Shown here one piece after another: positions 36,342 through 44,016 of a DNA stretch of 64,000 bases. The notes beneath the pieces were generated by a model. That model was not told where the DNA came from and did no database searches. It worked only from the letters and a program-made list of their open reading frames with translations. How positions within the stretch are numbered: position 1 is the stretch's first letter; each line of letters opens with the position of its first letter. The translations under genes and the position numbers were made by a program. This DNA comes from an uncultured Acholeplasmataceae bacterium. Its GTDB lineage: Bacteria; Bacillota_I; Bacilli_A; Acholeplasmatales; UBA5453. Location: contig CAZYSQ010000001.1 in NCBI GenBank assembly GCA_964649865.1, positions 13,849-77,848 on the forward strand, written 5' to 3'.

Positions 36342-36923
36342 TTAGCGCCGGCCGTAGTTGGAGACGATGTCGTACCACCAGGCGTTCGGGGTCACCTCAA
36401 GCGCGGCGTTGGCGAGTGCCTTCCCTGAGGGTGTCTTCACAGCGTCGACCATCGTGTCGATCCACGGCTGCGCATCTTGGTATCCCTGGGTCAGGTACTC
36501 GCGGGCTTGGAGGAGGCACTCCAACTTGTCGGCGTCTTTCGCGCACCGCGCCTCGGGGGTCGACCGGTCCTCGAACTCTTCGATGAGGGATTGGATCCGC
36601 TCGGCCAAGGCGGCCGGGAGCTGTGCCGTCTGATCACGGATGACGTCGGTGTCGGACGCCATTGAGACGTAGCGTTTCCCGGTTGAGGGGATGTCTCCCT
36701 GGCGGGTCTCTGGTAGGTCGTGAAACAGGCAGAGCGTTGCCGTCCGCTCAGCATCGGCTCCTTCCATCATGGCGATCACGTAGCCCACGATCGCGGTGCG
36801 GAAGCTGTGCTCGGCGACCGACTCAGGATTCTGCACGCCTGCGATCCACCAGCCCTGCCGGGCTGACCGCTTCAGGTGGCCTGCCTCATGCAGGAACGGG
36901 ACTATCTCGCGGGCGTCAGACAT
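36342..36923 (-). CDS. HD-domain phosphohydrolase, YfbR-like 5'-deoxynucleotidase
   Basis: ESVAEHSFRTA, LFHDLPETRQGDIPS and AKDADKLECLLQAREY align motif-for-motif with E. coli YfbR as I remember it. Overlaps the upstream gene by 8 nt. Confidence 0.82.
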   Translation of the reverse strand: MSDAREIVPFLHEAGHLKRSARQGWWIAGVQNPESVAEHSFRTAIVGYVIAMMEGADAERTATLCLFHDLPETRQGDIPSTGKRYVSMASDTDVIRDQTAQLPAALAERIQSLIEEFEDRSTPEARCAKDADKLECLLQAREYLTQGYQDAQPWIDTMVDAVKTPSGKALANAALEVTPNAWWYDIVSNYGRR

Positions 36924-37959
36924 CGGTTCTCCTTGAGGGGTTCGCGGCCATACGTGCCGCGTAGTTGATGTTCTCCAGTTCGCGTCTGCTCTGCGCCGGC
37001 ACATCAATGCCGTCGTCCAGCAGCTCTGCGGACTGGGTTCGGATTCGGTCCGCGAGGTCAGGGTCCTGCATCAGAAGCGCGGGTCGGCGCTGAATGAGCG
37101 CGGACACCGCGTGCGCAGACAGGCTCATGTACGGAACCCTCGATGCGAGCCCGTCAGCAAGATGCCTCAGCAACACCGCGCCACGCCAAGGCCCGAGGTC
37201 GCTGGCCATGAACGTGTCGTTGGTCGCCGCCCCGTTCGTCTCCTCCACCCAGTACGACCAGTAGTTCAGGTTCGCCGCCTCGCACAGGTCGTCAGTGAGG
37301 TGATCCCGGATGAAGTCATTCAGCAAAGTCGGGTCGCCCTGGCAGGCACGTGCAACGGCAGTGGACCTCAAGAGCGACCAGCCCGGAGTCCACGCATCGT
37401 GGCGGCGAGCACGTCCGACCTCCGCCTTCTCCATGGCGGCGAGCCAGTTGCGGCCGTCGCGGGATGGATCCCAGGCGGTCATGTAGTACACCTGCCGGCG
37501 CAGGAGCATCGCCCGAGGGTCATCCGCTCGGGCTTGCTCGGCTGCAGCGCGGAGCACACGAAAGAACTCCAGCCGGGCCGCCATGGGCAGCGGCGACCGC
37601 GGCACCTGGGCCAGGCTCGCGCTGAGCACTAGCGGCGGTTTGTCAGCGAGAACCCACGCGAGCAGGTCGCTCCACGTGCGGGTTGCGACCCACTCTCCCA
37701 GCGGAGACGCGTCGCCGTCATCGAGAACCTGGGCAATGAACAGGTCCGCGTCCATCGCGGTGTTGAGGTGCTCGACCAGGGCGGGCGATGCGCCGAGCCC
37801 TAGGAGCCGGTGCCTCATGATGCGGAGGTTCCTGGCTGAGGTGTTGAGGAGTGGGCGACGTCCCGTCTCCCAGCCTTTAAGAGTGTTCGGGTCCACGGTG
37901 AGGAGCTCGGCGAGCTGCTCCTGGGTGAACCCGACCGATTCCCGGATCGTCCGCAGCAT
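36916..37959 (-). CDS. XRE-family HTH protein with a ~280-aa uncharacterised helical C-terminal domain
   Basis: MLRTIRESVGFTQEQLAELLTVDPNTLKGWETG. ATG 37959 is preferred over 38031 because the first 24 codons of the long ORF have low GC3. Confidence 0.7.
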   Translation of the reverse strand: MLRTIRESVGFTQEQLAELLTVDPNTLKGWETGRRPLLNTSARNLRIMRHRLLGLGASPALVEHLNTAMDADLFIAQVLDDGDASPLGEWVATRTWSDLLAWVLADKPPLVLSASLAQVPRSPLPMAARLEFFRVLRAAAEQARADDPRAMLLRRQVYYMTAWDPSRDGRNWLAAMEKAEVGRARRHDAWTPGWSLLRSTAVARACQGDPTLLNDFIRDHLTDDLCEAANLNYWSYWVEETNGAATNDTFMASDLGPWRGAVLLRHLADGLASRVPYMSLSAHAVSALIQRRPALLMQDPDLADRIRTQSAELLDDGIDVPAQSRRELENINYAARMAANPSRRTDV

Positions 37960-38144
37960 GATGCCGGCGACGATGCCGCCGGATGGCCGGGGTGTACTCC
38001 CGGTACCTGTGCGTCCTGCAGGTCTGCTCATCGCTGGGACCTGAGCCTCCCGAACGTGTACTGCCAGTGTCTCTAGATGCGCTGTGCGTCTAGCTAGCGT
38101 GTGTGCAATGAGTCCAGGTGAGCGCAGTCAGATGATCCAGGAGA

Positions 38145-38543
38145 TCAGCGGTCTCTCTGATCGGCTTGATCGACTGACGGCGCAGCTTGCGGAGCTGAGA
38201 GCTCTCGCCGCAGCGCGTCGAGCTGCATCTCAAAATCATCCATCCGCTGACGCAACTCCTCTAGAAGCTTCGCCTGATCATGAATGTCCGGAAGCGGCTC
38301 CCGCTTCGCTGGCTTCATAAGGACGAAGGTTCCCCGAGTTGAGCGGGTCTCCAGTACCCCCTTCGACTTCAACTCGTCCAGCGCCTTCTTGAGGGTCTCA
38401 GGCGCGACGCCATAGTCCGCTGCCATCTGCTTTCGCGCTGGCAGTTGCTCTCCGGGCTCATACCGACCCTGCTCGATCTGCTCCCACAGGTCATCGGCGA
38501 TCTGCAGGTAGACGGGGTGCGGGCTACTGAAATCAATGGGCAC
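38145..38543 (-). CDS. GntR-family repressor with a short C-terminal coiled coil (KorSA-like)
   Basis: PVYLQIADDLWEQIEQGRYEPGEQLPARKQMAADYGVAPETLKKALDELKSKGVLETRSTRGTFV. Confidence 0.8.
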   Translation of the reverse strand: MPIDFSSPHPVYLQIADDLWEQIEQGRYEPGEQLPARKQMAADYGVAPETLKKALDELKSKGVLETRSTRGTFVLMKPAKREPLPDIHDQAKLLEELRQRMDDFEMQLDALRRELSAPQAAPSVDQADQRDR

Positions 38544-38562
38544 TCTCCAAGGCTAGGCCGAT

Positions 38563-38608
38563 CTAGCTCAACTAGGAAGCAAGGTCTTGCTAGCTCAGAC
38601 TAGACTAG
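38563..38608. promoter_or_regulatory. CTAG-rich operator-like repeats between the GntR gene and the xis-like operon
   Basis: CTAGCTCAACTAG (38563-38575) and CTAGCTCAGACTAG (38590-38603), plus ACTAG. A further CTAGCTAG lies at 38090-38097. Confidence 0.5.
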
Positions 38609-38653
38609 TTCAACGTGTACAGCTATGGTGAAGAGGTCGAAGGAGGAACAGCC

Positions 38654-38932
38654 TTGAGCGAGCAGATCAGTCCCGCGAGCGGGACGCAGACGGCGGATCC
38701 CCGCCTCCTGCTGCCCGTGTCGGAGGTGGCCGCCCTGCTCGGGCTGTCCACGATGACCGTCTACCGCCGCATCCGGTCCGGGCAGTGGCCCAGCGGCAGG
38801 AGCGGACGCAAGCACCTCATCCCCCGCAACTTCGTCGAGGGCCTCCTCAGCGAGATGCGGACGGGTGAGCAGGTCAACATCGAGGCGTACGGCGCTGCCG
38901 CATGGCCGGCGAAGGCTGAGGAGCTCGCGTGA
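38654..38932 (+). CDS. excisionase-family (MerR-like) HTH DNA-binding protein
   Basis: LLLPVSEVAALLGLSTMTVYRRIRSGQWP. TTG 38654 lies 7 nt after a GAAGGAGG SD. Confidence 0.7.
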   Translation: MSEQISPASGTQTADPRLLLPVSEVAALLGLSTMTVYRRIRSGQWPSGRSGRKHLIPRNFVEGLLSEMRTGEQVNIEAYGAAAWPAKAEELA

Positions 38933-39069
38933 ACGCCGAGCAAACGCCCAAGCAGGCCGCCGCCCCGCGCCCCGCCGTCGAGGACCGGGTCGAGCGGATC
39001 GCCACCTACTGGGGCCGCGCCGTCGTGGACGCGTGGCGCACCGTCTTCCCTCGCCGGGAGGACACCTGA
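38929..39069 (+). CDS. small protein (46 aa), not in ORF track
   Basis: GTG 38929 forms GTGA. High GC3. Confidence 0.35.
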   Translation: MNAEQTPKQAAAPRPAVEDRVERIATYWGRAVVDAWRTVFPRREDT

Positions 39070-39219
39070 TGAGCACCTCCGCCGCCCCGGGCCCCGCAGT
39101 GACCGCTGCAGGGGCGGCGGAGGCCCGCACCCCGAACAGCACAAAGCCCCGCCCGGTGCAGCAACACCGGAACGGGGCCGATCGGAACCGCTCAACCCTC
39201 CAAGGAAGGAACCGCTCCT

Positions 39220-39327
39220 ATGTCGAACCGTACCAGCCGCGGCGGCGAGGCCACCGCACCCACGTCCAGCATGTGGGGCAAGAAGGGCAAGGGCCTGCCG
39301 GAGCTCGGCAAGGGCGGGAAGAAGTGA
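39220..39327 (+). CDS. Lys/Gly-rich micro-protein (35 aa), not in ORF track
   Basis: ATG after a CAAGGAAGGA SD. MSNRTSRGGEATAPTSSMWGKKGKGLPELGKGGKK. Its GC3 is much higher than that of the overlapping long ORF frame. Confidence 0.35.
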   Translation: MSNRTSRGGEATAPTSSMWGKKGKGLPELGKGGKK

Positions 39328-39578
39328 CCGCCCCCGACCTCACGCCGGTGGACCTCGCGCAGGTCGAGCGGGACATCGCCGCCGTCCTCGTCGCCCACGG
39401 CCTCACCACCCACGACACCGTCCAGGTCGCCGCCTACGAGATCGAGCAGGCCGGCCAGACCGCCGGTGTCACCGTCACCGCGTACGCCTACACCCCGCCC
39501 GCCGGCGTCCCCGCCCCTCGACCCGCCGACGACAGCCCGCTCACGGCGCTCGCCGAGCAGCTGGAGGCCGTGTCGTGA
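39324..39578 (+). CDS. hypothetical protein
   Basis: GTG 39324 forms GTGA. VTAPDLTPVDLAQVERDIAAVLVAHG... Confidence 0.45.
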   Translation: MTAPDLTPVDLAQVERDIAAVLVAHGLTTHDTVQVAAYEIEQAGQTAGVTVTAYAYTPPAGVPAPRPADDSPLTALAEQLEAVS

Positions 39579-39667
39579 ACGGCTACGTCAAGGCCCGGCT
39601 CGTGATCGCGTCGGTGTTCATCGCGCTCGCCGCCCTGATCATCCTGGCGGGAGGGATCACCTCGTGA
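39575..39667 (+). CDS. 30-aa single-TM peptide, not in ORF track
   Basis: VNGYVKARLVIASVFIALAALIILAGGITS. GTGA coupling at both ends. Confidence 0.35.
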   Translation: MNGYVKARLVIASVFIALAALIILAGGITS

Positions 39668-39813
39668 ACGCCACCCGCACCCGCACCGCCCGGGCGACCG
39701 CGCGTTGCCCCCGCCACCCCGACACCGTCCTCGACGAGGGCCCGGTCCAGTACCGGTGCCCCCGCGGGCACCGCGTCCAAGCCGCGGACCTGAACCGGGA
39801 GGTGACCCGGTGA
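39664..39813 (+). CDS. 49-aa zinc-ribbon-like protein
   Basis: CPRHPD...CPRGH. GTGA coupling. Confidence 0.4.
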   Translation: MNATRTRTARATARCPRHPDTVLDEGPVQYRCPRGHRVQAADLNREVTR

Positions 39814-40106
39814 AGCTCATCGCGAGCATGATCGTGGACACCGCCGCAACCCGCCTGCAGAAGACGATCGCCCGGCTGCGTGTCCGCAAGCCGCAGCCGT
39901 GGCAGTGCAACCACCGGTGGGAGCCCTGCCCCGTCGTCACGCTCGGCGTCCCCGGACGGTACTGCACCCGCTGCACCGCCCTGGAAACCCGCTGCGCCGG
40001 GCAGCCGCTCGGACACCCCGAGTCCATGGCGATCCTCCTTCCGCAAGTGATGGAGAACGCCCTTGCCGCGATCGACGCCGAGACCTGGCCCGAGGAGGTC
40101 GCCTGA
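39810..40106 (+). CDS. hypothetical Cys-containing protein
   Basis: GTG 39810 forms GTGA. Confidence 0.45.
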   Translation: MKLIASMIVDTAATRLQKTIARLRVRKPQPWQCNHRWEPCPVVTLGVPGRYCTRCTALETRCAGQPLGHPESMAILLPQVMENALAAIDAETWPEEVA

Positions 40107-40108
40107 CC

Positions 40109-40363
40109 ATGTACCACCTCAACGCCGGCAACAGCCCCACCGACCGTGAGATCGCCGTCGGCGGGCGCCCCTTCACCAACCTCGGCCCCGTCTACGACGG
40201 ACACCACGCCAAGCCCGCCGACTGGTACCTGTTCCTCCACGCCGGCTGCTGGCGCATCGCCCAAGTCTGCGAGGTCCGTGACCACGGCCACGAGGTCCGG
40301 TTCATCGGAGACGGCCAGTGGCGCCGTGTCGCCGGGATGACCGCGCTGCGGGAGCCGACGTGA
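40109..40363 (+). CDS. hypothetical protein
   Basis: ATG 40109 (MYHLNAGNSPTD...). Confidence 0.5.
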   Translation: MYHLNAGNSPTDREIAVGGRPFTNLGPVYDGHHAKPADWYLFLHAGCWRIAQVCEVRDHGHEVRFIGDGQWRRVAGMTALREPT

Positions 40364-40468
40364 CACAGCAGCAGCCGCAAAAGCCCAGGCCGCCCCGCCG
40401 GCCTGACCCGACCATCGACCGCCGGACACCGTCCGGCCGTCCCCTCCCCTACTGAGGAGTAACCCGCC

Positions 40469-40795
40469 ATGCCCGCGCTCCACCGCCGCAGCCTCCACAT
40501 CCAGCTGCCCTGGGACGACCCCGTCCCGCCCGGCCTGGCCCTGGAGATCCCCGCCTGGACCGAAAAAGCACGGTGCACCGAGGTCGGCGGCGACGAATTC
40601 TACCCCGAGAAGGGCCAGTCCAGCGTCCCCGCCAAGCAGGTGTGCATGGGCTGCGAGGTCCGCATGCAGTGCCTGGAGTGGGCGCTCGACAACGGTGAGC
40701 GCTTCGGCGTGTGGGGTGGGAAGTCCGAGCGGGAGCGCCGCAAGATCGCCCGCGACCGCCGCACCGCCGCAACCGTCACGGAGGTGTCGGCATGA
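40469..40795 (+). CDS. WhiB-family transcription factor (second copy in the window)
   Basis: CTEVGGDEFYPE...CMGCEVRMQCLEWAL...GVWGG. Confidence 0.85.
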   Translation: MPALHRRSLHIQLPWDDPVPPGLALEIPAWTEKARCTEVGGDEFYPEKGQSSVPAKQVCMGCEVRMQCLEWALDNGERFGVWGGKSERERRKIARDRRTAATVTEVSA

Positions 40796-42051
40796 AGCTC
40801 ATCTGGAAGCACACCCGGCCGCCGGTGGTCGAGTCCGTTCAGGACCAGACCGCCCAGGCCGCGGACCTTGCCCGGATCCCCGGGCAGGACATGCTCACCG
40901 ACCCGCGCACCAACCCTGCGGTCCGGGCCCTGCTCGACCACCTCCGTAACGAGCAGCACCGCATGCAGCTCGAAGCCGAACACGGGAGGGCCAAGCGCCG
41001 GCACCGTGTCGACGACCGTCACCGTGCCGAGGCCGAGCTGACCCTGCACGCCATCCTGCAAGCGAAGCAGGCGTCCTCTCCGGCCCGCTCTGTCCTCGCC
41101 CTGCACCGCGGACGCACCTGGTTCATGGGTGCTTCTCTGGCCGCGTCGGTGTCCCTGTCCGTCGGGTCCGCGTTCGGTGTGGGGCATCTCGCCGACGAGC
41201 TCGGCGCCCCCAAGGTCACCGGGTGGGTGGCTGAGGTCGGCATGGTCGGCCTGTCCACCATCACGATCCTCTACCTGGCACACCTGTTCCGCCACGGATG
41301 GGTGCCTTCCGTCCTGCACCGGCTGCTGCTGGGGTTCCTGGCGATCGGGCCGCTGCTCGGTTCGGTGGTCGCGAACTCGTTCGGTGCCGGCCCTGTCGGT
41401 GTCGCCTGCTCGGTGGGCGCAGCGTTGTTCGGGGTGTTCAGCCACCTCGTGAGTGACAACTCGGCTGGTGCGCTGCGGAAGAAGGCGGACGAGGTCGGGA
41501 TGGAGGACGCGCAGGCGCTCCGCGCCACGGCGCTGGGCGACGACCTGTTCGCTCTGCCTGCCGAACCGCGAACCACTGAAGAGGTTCCAGAACCGGAGTT
41601 CGCGAACCAGCAGGTTCAGGTTCACGCGGAGGTTCAGGAACCACCCGCTGTGGAGGTTCACGAACCGGCCGTCTCCGAGGTTCGCGAACCGCAGCAGGTT
41701 CCGAACCACGCTCCCGAACCCGCGAACCCCGAACCGGGCGAGAACCGCGAACCGGTGAACCCCGAACCGCAGGTTCACGAACCCGCCCCGGCCGAACCCG
41801 CGAACTCCGAGGTTCCAAACCACGAGCCCACCACGCAGCACAAGTCCCGCACCAAGCCGGCCACGAGCCTCAACGACCGCGCCCAGCGGAAGGCCGCCGA
41901 GGTTCAGCAAGTCGTGGACCTGATCCGTGAGCGGGGCGAGGACGCCGTGACGCTGAACGTGGTTCGCGAGGAACTCGAGTTCGCGAAGACGACCGCGTAT
42001 CACCGCCTTGTCGCTGCCCGCGAACTCGTGAACCAGGCGGTGGCGTCGTGA
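40792..42051 (+). CDS. polytopic membrane protein (DUF2637-like) with a repeat-encoded Pro/Glu linker and C-terminal HTH-like domain
   Basis: ATG 40792 forms ATGA. Four hydrophobic segments. Linker EVPEPEFANQQVQVHAEVQEPPAVEVHEP... is encoded by the GAACC repeat field. Confidence 0.6.
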   Translation: MKLIWKHTRPPVVESVQDQTAQAADLARIPGQDMLTDPRTNPAVRALLDHLRNEQHRMQLEAEHGRAKRRHRVDDRHRAEAELTLHAILQAKQASSPARSVLALHRGRTWFMGASLAASVSLSVGSAFGVGHLADELGAPKVTGWVAEVGMVGLSTITILYLAHLFRHGWVPSVLHRLLLGFLAIGPLLGSVVANSFGAGPVGVACSVGAALFGVFSHLVSDNSAGALRKKADEVGMEDAQALRATALGDDLFALPAEPRTTEEVPEPEFANQQVQVHAEVQEPPAVEVHEPAVSEVREPQQVPNHAPEPANPEPGENREPVNPEPQVHEPAPAEPANSEVPNHEPTTQHKSRTKPATSLNDRAQRKAAEVQQVVDLIRERGEDAVTLNVVREELEFAKTTAYHRLVAARELVNQAVAS

Positions 42052-42250
42052 ACCTGAAGCACGCGAACCCCGAACCGCGAACCTCTGAGTCTGGAACCTG
42101 CGCTGCCGCGAACCTCGGCCAGCAGTGCCCCGAGCCGGCCACGCTTCTTGAACCTGTCGCGCTCTGCGACGAGCACAAGGTTCAGGTTGCCCTACTGGTT
42201 GCGCCCGAGGTGCTGTCTGCTGTCCTTGCTGAGGTTCGCGTGAACCAGCA
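41563..42250. repeat. dense GAACC/GGTTC repeat field (candidate clt / TraB recognition array)
   Basis: About 37 GAACC or GGTTC pentamers by manual count in ~690 bp. Eight exact CGCGAACC octamers. Palindromes GGTTCGCGAACC and GGTTCACGAACC. Spans the junction of two genes. Confidence 0.8.
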
Positions 42251-42818
42251 TGGCCCCGGCCATCCCTCCCCCTCCGTCGAAGTCCAGTTGATCAACGCCG
42301 CACAGGCGGTCAAGACACCGGCCGATGAGCGGCATGAGCCGCTCGTGTACTTCATGGCCAACGGCGGCCGGGTGAAGATCGGCCACACGAAGAGCCTGGC
42401 CGCGCGCCTGCGGGCGCTCTCTCTTCCTGGCGATGCGGTCCTCCTGCTTCTGCAGGGCGGGCTCCCCCTCGAACGCGCTTTGCACCTGAAGTTCCGCTCT
42501 TTCCGGATCGGCAAGAGCGAGTGGTTCGAGCTCGCGCCCGAGATTGTGCACTTCATCGCAAGCAAGAGCACCACACTGAACCGCCCTCTGACCAGCACGA
42601 ACAGGCTCGGCGGCCGGTTCGGTGTGGCGCGGAGGCCGCGCCGCACACGCGATCAGATCCGGGTCCAGCTCGAGGCGGCGCTTCGGGACCGTGCCCCTGG
42701 GACGACTCTGCGCGTGAAGCCGCTGGCGGAGCAGATCGGAGTGAATCGGCGCATCGTTCGCGAGCTTCTCGACGAGATGGGCGTTCGCCCAGCTGAGGGG
42801 CGCAGCGATGGCAGGTAA
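42048..42818 (+). CDS. T5orf172 (MUG113, GIY-YIG-superfamily) domain protein with C-terminal HTH
   Basis: LVYFMANGGRVKIGHTKSLAARLRAL ... ERALHLKFRSFRIGKSEWFEL. C-terminal AEQIGVNRRIVRELL. Confidence 0.68.
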   Translation: MNLKHANPEPRTSESGTCAAANLGQQCPEPATLLEPVALCDEHKVQVALLVAPEVLSAVLAEVRVNQHGPGHPSPSVEVQLINAAQAVKTPADERHEPLVYFMANGGRVKIGHTKSLAARLRALSLPGDAVLLLLQGGLPLERALHLKFRSFRIGKSEWFELAPEIVHFIASKSTTLNRPLTSTNRLGGRFGVARRPRRTRDQIRVQLEAALRDRAPGTTLRVKPLAEQIGVNRRIVRELLDEMGVRPAEGRSDGR

Positions 42819-43053
42819 GCGTCGTGGCACGGGCCGGCCGTATCAGCGGCGCTCGCGCCCAGAACGGCGACGGTCCGCCCTCAACGTCGAGCTTGCCGCT
42901 GCCCACGACTCAAGAGCCCGGGTCGCACTCGCTGCGGACTATCTGCGCAGCGCACTCGCGATCCATCCCGATCCGGCCACCGCTGAGGAAGCCGTGAATC
43001 TGCTGATTCAGGCGGCCGACCGCCTGTATGCGAGGAAGGAGGCACAGACGTGA
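42808..43053 (+). CDS. hypothetical basic protein
   Basis: ORF track. Confidence 0.45.
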   Translation: MAGKRRGTGRPYQRRSRPERRRSALNVELAAAHDSRARVALAADYLRSALAIHPDPATAEEAVNLLIQAADRLYARKEAQT

Positions 43054-43553
43054 CCGCGACCGAGAGTGACATCCAGTCCGCCAAGCAGGCGGGGGGAGAG
43101 GGAACTGTGCACTGTGCAGTGCACAGTCCGGGAGAAACCCCGGATGCGGGACCCAACGCGCGCCCGCGCGGGCGCCCGCGCGAGAGTAGCGGTGAGAGTG
43201 CACAGTCGCAACCCGACAGTGCACCCCCGCCGGAGGCCGACGACCCCACCCCGCCGGTCACGTGGAGTGACCGTCTCGCGGACACCGCGCGCGGGTTCTC
43301 CCCGCCGGACATCTGGTCGACGGACCGGCCGTCCCTGTCCCTCATGTGGGGGTACGCGGCCCGCGGCGACTGGACGACCGAAGCCGGGCTGCCGCGCCGT
43401 GCCGGGCAGGTATACGCGGTCTTGGTCGCGGTCCCGGTCACGGCCGTCACCTACCTCCTGGCGTGGGCCGCTGAACGGCCGTCCCGCCTGGCCGCAGCGA
43501 TCGTGCTGCTTGTCCTGCTGTTCCGGGTCCCGCCGCTGGCGTGGCTCACCTAA
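43050..43553 (+). CDS. membrane protein (Spd-like)
   Basis: GTGA coupling. C-terminal TM pair VYAVLVAVPVTAVTYLLAW / AAAIVLLVLLF. Confidence 0.55.
   Translation: MTATESDIQSAKQAGGEGTVHCAVHSPGETPDAGPNARPRGRPRESSGESAQSQPDSAPPPEADDPTPPVTWSDRLADTARGFSPPDIWSTDRPSLSLMWGYAARGDWTTEAGLPRRAGQVYAVLVAVPVTAVTYLLAWAAERPSRLAAAIVLLVLLFRVPPLAWLT
43104..43224. repeat. 24-bp perfect palindrome plus dispersed GTGCACAGT / GTGCACTGT 9-mers
   Basis: ACTGTGCACTG-tg-CAGTGCACAGT at 43104-43127. AGTGCACAGT at 43197-43206. ACAGTGCAC at 43216-43224. Confidence 0.7.
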
Positions 43554-43572
43554 CACCGAAAGGAGACTCGTC

Positions 43573-44016
43573 ATGGGATGGGTCGTTCTTCTGCCCACCG
43601 CCGCCGTGTGGTTCGTGGTGTCCAAGCGGGTACGGCTCCGCCGTGGCGCCGCGGCGGTGTCCGTCGCGGTGATGCTGCTCGCCGCGATCGCCGGCTGCGG
43701 GTTCGCGTACACGTTCGCCGGGCGCTGGTTCGCCGGGCTGGTCGCTTGGATCGGCCGGATCCTCGCGAACATCACCGGTGAGGCTGGGATCGCGTCCGGG
43801 ATCGCTGTCTCGCTCACCCTGCTGCTGCTGCTGACCGCGGTCGCCGACATCGCCTGTGACCGCCGCGCGGACCGTGCCGCGCAGGTGTCGGCTTTCCTGA
43901 TGCCGGTGGCGCTGGCGCTGGTCATCGGCGGGTCGCTGGGAGCCAGTGGCGGCACCGCCGTCGAGTCGGTCACCAGCCAGGTGTCGGCGTTCATGTCCCA
44001 GATCGGGGGTGCGTGA
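43573..44016 (+). CDS. polytopic membrane protein (Spd-like)
   Basis: ATG 43573 follows an AAAGGAG SD. Four hydrophobic segments. Confidence 0.6.
   Translation: MGWVVLLPTAAVWFVVSKRVRLRRGAAAVSVAVMLLAAIAGCGFAYTFAGRWFAGLVAWIGRILANITGEAGIASGIAVSLTLLLLLTAVADIACDRRADRAAQVSAFLMPVALALVIGGSLGASGGTAVESVTSQVSAFMSQIGGA

Noticed and set aside
39069-39578. Single 169-aa ORF from ATG 39069
   Set aside because: GC3 collapses between about 39180 and 39323 in this frame (caa, gaa, gga, cct codons), while an overlapping frame with an SD has high GC3. I split it into the 39220..39327 micro-ORF and a GTG-initiated 39324..39578 gene. The segment 39069-39219 stays unassigned.
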